From assembly GCA_012295275.1 (NCBI GenBank), contig CM022679.1:3038001-3102000 (forward strand): 64,000 bases of DNA. Reading direction: 5' to 3'. The DNA is from Chrysomallon squamiferum. Taxonomy: Eukaryota > Animalia > Mollusca. This document shows, piece by piece, positions 56,901 through 64,000 of the stretch (position 1 is the stretch's first letter; each line of letters opens with the position of its first letter). The notes under the pieces are model-generated. The model ran no database searches and was not told the origin of the DNA. It was given only the letters and a program-made list of their open reading frames with translations. The position numbers were made by a program, and so were the translations under genes.

Positions 56901-58527
56901 ATAAAGTGATGTCATAAAACAAGATATAATGAAAGCATATGTAAATTGATAATCTGACAATATTTAATTTTATACTTTATTATGTTTAAAAATTTAGACT
57001 TATTGCTTCAACATAAGTATACTTTCAACATGATATATAAAGTCAAGTATTTGACATACTATTTCACAATCTTTTTTTTTATAATTATTTTTTTCTCTGA
57101 ATTTGATGCATTACTGTGCACACAGAATTTTTTTTTATATATGCATGCATTTGATATATTATTTTTCAGATAAAAAAATTTGAAAGATAAAATAATAATA
57201 ATAATAATAATAATACCAGCAATATTATTAGTAGTAGTGGTAACAATGAAAAAAAATGCTGATCATGTTTATCTGTTAATTTAAAATAAATATAGATGGA
57301 GCTAGCAACAGGAAAATTCCCCTATCCCAAATGGACAAGTGTTTTCGAGCAGTTAACACAAGGTTGTTCAGGGTCCACCACCCAAACTGCCAAAAGAAGG
57401 ATTTTCTGATGACTTTCATGATTTCCTCAGTACTTGGTGAGTTTGAAACTAATTTTTATTAAATGTAATCTTACCTGTTAATTCTTAGAATTTTATATAA
57501 TTTATTTTTATTTAAAATTTTAATTTCTTAATTTATTTTTCATAATGTTTCCAGTTTGTTAAACTTTTACCATTTTAAAATAATTTTCTATATTCTTATT
57601 TCATTCATATGTTATTTACTGTAGGTGTTTTTGAAATTTGTCACATTTGTTGCATTGTGCATTATTAGCTTTTTATTAACAAAGACTTATTTTATTTTCT
57701 GAAATTCTAAGGTTATGGCATTTTTATAAATTATGAAATATTTTCTTATTTCTGAAATCACATTTTTAATTTTTGTCTGGTAGTTTAACAAAAGAAGAGC
57801 GACAACGACCAAAATATACCAAATTGTTGGTAAGTAATGAACCTATTAATAATGTAGAACTTCCCTTACCTGAAATGGTTGAAACCAGAAATGTCTTTTT
57901 CAGAATGTTTTGAATTTTTGAATAATGAGATAATCTGAGAATATGATGTAAATCTAAACAATATTAACTTATATTTCATATGAAACTTGTACAGATAGTC
58001 TGCATAGATTTTTATATAATAATTTTTAATAATTTTGAGCATGAAGTAAAGTTTGTGTACACTAAAATATCAGAAAACTGTAAGATAGGCCATTTTGGCT
58101 GCTTGTGAAAAAAAGTTTCATATTTAAGAATTTTGGATATGAAGTCCTCATCTTGTATAGTTTGTTATAGAGGTAATTTCTGTCTGGAGCATCTTTAGTG
58201 TTTGTTGTTGTTTTGATTTCCCATTTTTGCACAGTGATTACCATTGGTACAGAATCCATAGTTAATACAGAGTCCATAATGTATGAAATCATGTTTTCAT
58301 GAGACCAGTACAAAATCTGGATTTTTATCTGTTTTGTACATTCATTTTTATTTTATTTAATTTATTTATTTAATTTTTTTCTTCATTTTTTTCTTCATTT
58401 TTTTCAGGAGCACCAATTTGTGAAGAGATTTGAGGAAACTGTGGTAGATGTGAGTTCATACATTGACAAAATTCTTGACCAAATACCATATTCTCCACTC
58501 AAAGAACAGGAACGGCCGTTGTCATAA
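50423..58527 (+). CDS. MAP2K4: Dual-specificity MAP kinase kinase 4 (MKK4/SEK1), whole spliced gene, 13 exons, ~400 aa after correcting one +1 indel
   Basis: join(50423-50456,51860-51949,53145-53238,53554-53620,54081-54194,54616-54735,55120-55239,55622-55673,56264-56391,56584-56661,57296-57436,57784-57829,58408-58527). Motifs [83 protein letters not shown] and KILDQ.P are diagnostic of MKK4. Confidence 0.97.
51860..51949 (+). CDS. MAP2K4: MAP2K4 candidate cassette exon 2 ([30 protein letters not shown])
   Basis: CAG acceptor and CAG|GTATG donor, 90 nt, phase 1 to 1, open frame, GC-richer than flanks. Confidence 0.65.
53145..53238 (+). CDS. MAP2K4: MAP2K4 exon 3 with MAPK docking site (RRQGLRLQF)
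   Basis: TAG/GTAAGT ends, basic-x-L-x-L D-site like human KRKALKLNF (recalled). Confidence 0.88.
53554..53620 (+). CDS. MAP2K4: MAP2K4 exon 4 ([22 protein letters not shown])
   Basis: CAG/GT ends, resembles IERLR...SSGKLKISP. Confidence 0.9.
54081..54194 (+). CDS. MAP2K4: MAP2K4 exon 5 ([24 protein letters not shown]...MAVK)
   Basis: Gly-rich loop and catalytic Lys, canonical splice sites. Confidence 0.95.
54616..54735 (+). CDS. MAP2K4: MAP2K4 exon 6 ([23 protein letters not shown]...FYGALFKE)
   Basis: Seen in the ORF track, canonical splice sites. Confidence 0.96.
55120..55239 (+). CDS. MAP2K4: MAP2K4 exon 7 ([10 protein letters not shown]...[12 protein letters not shown])
   Basis: Seen in the ORF track, canonical splice sites. 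Confidence 0.96.
55622..55673 (+). CDS. MAP2K4: MAP2K4 exon 8 ([17 protein letters not shown])
   Basis: Canonical splice sites, leads into HRD. Confidence 0.95.
56264..56391 (+). CDS. MAP2K4: MAP2K4 exon 9 (DVKPSNILL...[25 protein letters not shown])
   Basis: Catalytic loop, DFG and activation loop. Confidence 0.97.
56584..56661 (+). CDS. MAP2K4: MAP2K4 exon 10 ([26 protein letters not shown])
   Basis: APE and subdomain IX, canonical splice sites. Confidence 0.96.
57296..57436 (+). CDS. MAP2K4: MAP2K4 exon 11 ([31 protein letters not shown]...FLSTC); +1 frame break at 57360-57363
   Basis: TAG/GTGAGT ends. As assembled it reaches TGA at 57407-57409; removing one base restores QLTQVV.G.PP and phase 2. 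Confidence 0.93.
57784..57829 (+). CDS. MAP2K4: MAP2K4 exon 12 ([15 protein letters not shown])
   Basis: TAG/GTAAGT ends, subdomain XI. Confidence 0.93.
58408..58527 (+). CDS. MAP2K4: MAP2K4 exon 13 ([39 protein letters not shown])
   Basis: Strong acceptor, C-terminal V..Y..KILDQ.P (DVD region), TAA stop. Confidence 0.93.
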   Translation, partial: EHQFVKRFEETVVDVSSYIDKILDQIPYSPLKEQERPLS

Positions 58528-59413
58528 CAACACGAGGTGCTATGAGCAATTAAGAAATGATGTATATATTATTCTTGCAGCATTGTGATATTTCCATGTT
58601 TTCGCAACATGCCAAGGAATTTTTTTCATCGACTAATTCGGAAAAAAAGAAACAGGAAGTGTTGCTAAGTAGGTTGATTAAAAAGAGTGATTTCTGCTTT
58701 TTGTTTTCTTTTTCAGAAGCGAAATTTGATCAGTATGTTGGTAATGGAATGATTTCTCTTTTTTGGTTTGTTTTCAGTTTGTGTCTGATGCCATGTTACT
58801 AAGTATCTTAGATTTGTTAGTAAATACCCTTTTGTTAGATTAAAATAAGTAACGGTAACGATAATTTTATGTAATAAATTTAGAAAGAGATGTCTGATAG
58901 GAATAACATTTGTCACTTTAGAGAAATTGGGTATGACACTGCAGAAAATGTATGTTTTAACGAAAATAATAACTACTCAACAGAACATTTAATGGGAAAT
59001 ATTTAAATGAAAACTGAGAGTTATGTTGTTAAAATGGTGTTGTTAAAGTGGAGTGGGGACAGAAGGAGATAAATAACAGTTTGTGAAATGTTTGATATAG
59101 TTTGACTTACAATAGTAATAATGTTAATAATAATTTGATTCATGATAAAAAACCAGTATATGTTCAGTGTGGTTCAGAAGTGTTCAGAAGTACAGAAATT
59201 GTTGAAAATACTTGCTCATCTTATGAAATCTTATATAGAATCATGTACTGTGTGTGTGTGTGTGTGTGCACACATGCAAACACATGTGTGCTTGTACACA
59301 CACAGATAGATGAAAATACACATTTATGAACATGAAATTGACAGATTTATGTAATAGAGGTAATCTGATATCTATATCCAGTAGTAAGTATTCATTTTAT
59401 CATCAAGTTAGGG

Positions 59414-59449
<36 letters not shown>

Positions 59450-62400
59450 TATATATACCTCCTGAAAAATATATTCAGAATAGTTTTATTTATTTTATAC
59501 AAGTATTTTTAATTTGTATTTACAATTTTTTTTACAAAGTTTTATGTATTAATTCAGTTCTTCTGCTTAATTAATAATATCATACCCAGTTTTCTCCAGA
59601 GGTTACATAAGAAATCAGATTAAATGTAAAAATCTTTGTAAAAGAGGTAAAAGTGAATATGAAGTTGAGATAAAATGAATTTGGAATGTCCTTAAACTGA
59701 TTGATGTAAATTTTTAATTTTTAAAGAACACAAGTTCCAGGCAACATTTACTTTTTTTTTTTTTATTCTTTTTTTTAATTATATTATATTTAAATTTTAA
59801 ATCTTATAGGTATAAACAGAATAAAAATGCATGGTTATCATAATCATTTAGGAAATAAAACTTTCTTTTTAAATATTTTTTTGTGTGGCAACTGAACACG
59901 AAGAAGAAAAATGTAGCTGGAATACTGTTCACATTATTTTGTGTATTTATTATTTTTATTGAAAATAAAATCATGTTGCAAAAATAATTTGAAAGAATAA
60001 AAACATTTAATCAATTTAAAATAATTATGAAACATTTAGAAATTTAAAAAAAAATACCTTTTTTTAGTTTAATTACCTATGCAAGAATCTTGATATATGC
60101 AAAGGGAGATAACTGTATTTATCTCATAGACAGCTATTCAATGTGGCTTCCCAGCTGATTTTATTGATTTTATAATCCATGTTGAGATTTTTTAAACTTT
60201 TTTTTTTCTCTCTTTTTTTCTCACAACTTTGCTTTGTATGTTCCAGTCTTCTGAATTTTTATGCAGCAATTGTAAATATTTTGTAATACCTGTTTCTTTA
60301 TTTTCATCACTGACAAATGTTTCTTAAAACAATATATTTCACGATTTTTATGTCAAAATATGTGTTCATGTCAAAATGTCTGAATGTTTAGATACATTTT
60401 TTCATATTTTAAATTGGAGGTTTAATGCAGGATTCTGTATTCAAAAGAAGTAATTAAACATTTTATTTAGAACTTAAAGTGATTTAAAATATGTGACGCA
60501 TTCTTATGAATTTTAAAAATTTTACTTAATTGTAGAATATCTGAATTTCCAAGTGAGGTTTTTTAACAGTGTAAGGTTAAACGAAGAAAGGTTTAAAACT
60601 TGTGAGAACCAGATTCCTGCAGTAAACCCTCAGTTGTAGTTTACATTTTTCTTTTGAAAAAAAAAAAAAAAACAATAGTTATTTCACTGTTCCAATATTT
60701 GTTTTTGGAAAACAAGCAGTGAACTATATTATTTTTAAAAAAAAAATTATTTAATCAAAAATCTTTTCTTTGCTTTATTTTTTTTATTATTATTATTTTT
60801 TTTTTACTTGATGAATTAAGTTTTTATGTTCTTGGAACAGATCCATTGCTGGGTTGGGCATTACAGAAATAGAATGGTAGAACATGGTAGAACATTTGTC
60901 CCCCAGTTAACAAACATAAATGATTCCTTAAATCTACCTACAGAACACATTATTAATTTAGTCTGTTATTACATAGAGAAAATAAAAATTTATAATAAAG
61001 AGAATTTAATTTATTTATTACATATATATAATAATAATAAAAAAAAAGGTTGAAACAGTTCTTAATTTCATATAAAAAGTTTCATAATTCAAAAGTAAAA
61101 GAAAAAGAAAAAAGATTACAGAAAAAAAAAAAAAACTGTTTTCATTGAAGCAGTTAATAATAAACAGATTATTAAGTTTGGTTTAAGAATTATTTTAAAA
61201 TTATTTAAGAATTGTAATAATACAAAATAAAATAATTTTTTCTTAAACAAGCATAATAATGCATCAGTGTTTGGTTTTCAGTGAAAATAAGTATTTTAAT
61301 ACTCGTATGGAAACCAAATGTATCTTTTTCAGTCATAACTTCATTGAAATACATTCTAACTTTTGAACTGGAAAATGAGTGGATTGTTAGATGTGTACAT
61401 GTTACTTCATCAGCTGATGTTATCGGAAACATTTTTTTAAAATTAAATCAAATTAAAGTAACTGAAATTAAAGGATGTAAAATTACAGGATCTAAAATTA
61501 TTAACTAAAATTTTGCTTGTTAATTGAGGGATTATATATAATAATGTATGTGGTGAATTTAGTTTTATTTTACTTGCATTGTGTGTTTTATTATAATTTT
61601 ATTAAGTTAAATCAAGAAAGAAAAAACAACATAACTATCTCAGGTTTCCACCACAGATGATATTTAATGAGTACAGTGGTGGGCGTGGATCAAAATTAGC
61701 ATAATAATCAGTCATTATAAAAAATAAAAATAAATATTAGATGGAAGTTTCATTTTTGATCTTTGTTTTTGTTGTAAATAATTTTTTTTTTAGTCTTAAG
61801 TAAATACAAAGATTATGCTGTTCTTTAATGTGTTATTGTCTCATACTTTTTTTTTTCTCTACAAATAATTTTACACTCTTATGTGGAAAAACTGATTTTC
61901 TTTAACCTGATTTTTAAAATTTATTATTTCATTTAAAACATTTTTTTTTTTTTGAATTAAAATTATTTAGATATGGATTATAAATGTATTTTCTTATGTT
62001 GAAAATATTCATTACTGATGTTAATCCATGGATCGTTTGGTGCAGACGTAATTTAAATGAAATTGTAAATAACGTTTTATATGTAAATATTGACCCATGA
62101 CACATTTGTGATGAATGATTTTTATTTTTTGGAAATGTCTTTGCCAGCAGATGTACAAATTGTATTTATATTTTTAACTTACATGATTTATTAGTGTCAC
62201 TGAGTTGTGTCTCGAATGTTATGTTTATGTGTTTTCAGGTGGTTTTTATTTTTTTTTATTATTATTATTTTTTTTTATAGAAATATGTTGTTAAATTAAT
62301 TAGAATAATTCTTAATTAACAAATAGATCAATGAATTTCTTGCAGACTGGTATATACAGGTTGATTGTAAATTGGTTAGAATTTACTTTGGTCCTGCACA

Positions 62401-63809
62401 AATCAGATTTTTCCTCTTGTTTTACCAAGCTCTTCCTGGGTGCTTGTTTTGATCTGTAAAAGTCTGAAAATTCTGTGTATTTTATTAAATTAATCTGTTT
62501 ATGAAATATTTTTTTAAATGTATCTTTTGTTCTAGCAAAAATAAATAAATAAATAAAGTTTATCAAATTAGAAAGTGTGAAACAAATGAATAACTTGTCT
62601 CTTTCTGTTTTCACAGATTGGGTTTGACAGATTCACGAATTTCTTCTAGCTATAATTAATTGTTTTAATAAACTGCTGACTATTTGAAAATGTGTATTTA
62701 GTTACATCAGTACTGTGTATTGCATAATCCTTCTTTGACTTCAGTATAATTTAATAACAGACAGCTAACTGTGTAATAATTAATGACAGTCGGTCTAAAC
62801 ATATTTTAAAAAAGCTAATTAACTTAGCTACATTTAAAATGATGTGACCTTATTTCATGAAATGTACTTAGTGTTTTTGTTAAATATTTATTAGGTATTT
62901 TAGTTATTCATATTTCACAAATTAAAATATTCGCTCTTGTGACACAAATTTAATTATTTTAAAATCAAGATGCAACAATTCACACTAAGCATATGTTAAA
63001 AATAAACCTTATCCTAATAAATGTCTATGCAAATTCAGGCTTTATTTAGTTTGGTAACAGCTTTTTGTAGAAAAACAAAAATGAACAATTAAGTAATTAT
63101 TTTAAAAAATAGCTGAGCTTTTTATTGGCAGTTGTACTAATTCACGTTGTATATCAGACACATATATTTAAACCTCCTGTCTTGTATGATAATTGTCTTT
63201 GTACATTTTAAAATACTACCTAGATATATTTAAAAGTTAATTACAATTGTAAATTTAAAAATTTTAAATGTTAGGAATGTAATTTAAAATGTTAATCAGA
63301 TATTTTACTTAGAATATTAATTACATATATAAATTTAAAATGTTAAATTTGTACATAAATTTAAAATGTTAATTTAGATATTTATGTAAAAGGTGCACAT
63401 TGGACAATATTAACTTGGTCAGTTGTGATTATAAACATTATACTGAAGTTACTGTATTTTTATTTTATTTTCACAAATTTAATTCTGTGGCCTATATAAT
63501 GTAAAATTTAGCATTTTTTTCCCTAACTGCATGTCAGTTATTTGAAATAAAACATTTATTTGATATAATAAAAATAACATTTAGAGAAGATATGTTTACA
63601 TTTAATATTGCTTTTATGACAGTTTTACATCTGTGAAATAGTTTTATAAATACAATTTAGTATCCTATGAATACATTTCACAGAAAATATACACAGTTCT
63701 GACTTTTCTTTTTGTTTTATATATTGATATTAGTTTTATTTTCATTTATTTATTTATTATTATTATTACTATTATTATTCCAGTTAATATTACCATATGA
63801 CTATTACTA

Positions 63810-63845
<36 letters not shown>

Positions 63846-64000
63846 TTTTTAGCTTTCTAATTTTTCCCCACCATTTCTCTTATAAATATTTTTTTTAAAT
63901 ATTTCTTAGTAAACTTTTAATTTGTATAACATTACTTCAGATACCATTAGGTTTTATTTTGATAAATTAAAACTGTATAAAAAGATAATTAATAGTCTTT

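Noticed and set aside
57355-57410. Programmed +1 ribosomal frameshifting at the indel sites
   Set aside because: The sites share no slippery-codon-plus-stop signal or downstream structure, and a -1 homopolymer indel also occurs. Error is far more parsimonious.
50423-58527. MAP2K4 (and prominin) as pseudogenes
   Set aside because: All catalytic motifs and splice sites are intact, with only isolated single-base indels in short runs, which fits consensus error.
61630-61690. CCACCAC...GTGGTGG stem downstream of MKK4
   Set aside because: The stem is only 7 bp and has no recognisable SECIS, snoRNA or miRNA features.

Overview
AT-rich, microsatellite-dense eukaryotic genomic DNA. It is probably from a mollusc, and its composition is cephalopod-like (inference only). 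Reading splice sites by hand gives two multi-exon genes arranged head-to-head about 7.1 kb apart. (1) A prominin/CD133-family pentaspan glycoprotein lies on the minus strand: ATG at 43297, 25-26 exons down to 4419 or 864, an 18.5-kb first intron, about 903-924 aa. (2) MAP2K4/MKK4 lies on the plus strand: ATG at 50423, 13 exons, stop at 58527, about 400 aa. Nearly all ORFs in the supplied track are microsatellite artefacts. Both genes carry single-base frame breaks (four firm, one probable), most likely long-read consensus errors. The most interesting observations are: a duplicated AG/GT-flanked 26-nt micro-exon that would exactly rescue one prominin frameshift; a probable GC-AG intron followed by a UGCAUG (Rbfox) array; a candidate recursive splice site in the long intron; a 20-bp minisatellite made of AP-1/ARE motifs; Grainyhead/ZEB/RFX motif clusters; a candidate cassette exon and an S-x-A-K-S activation loop in MKK4; and a roughly 200-bp foldback element upstream of MKK4. 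No database searches could be run, so comparisons to human proteins are from memory.
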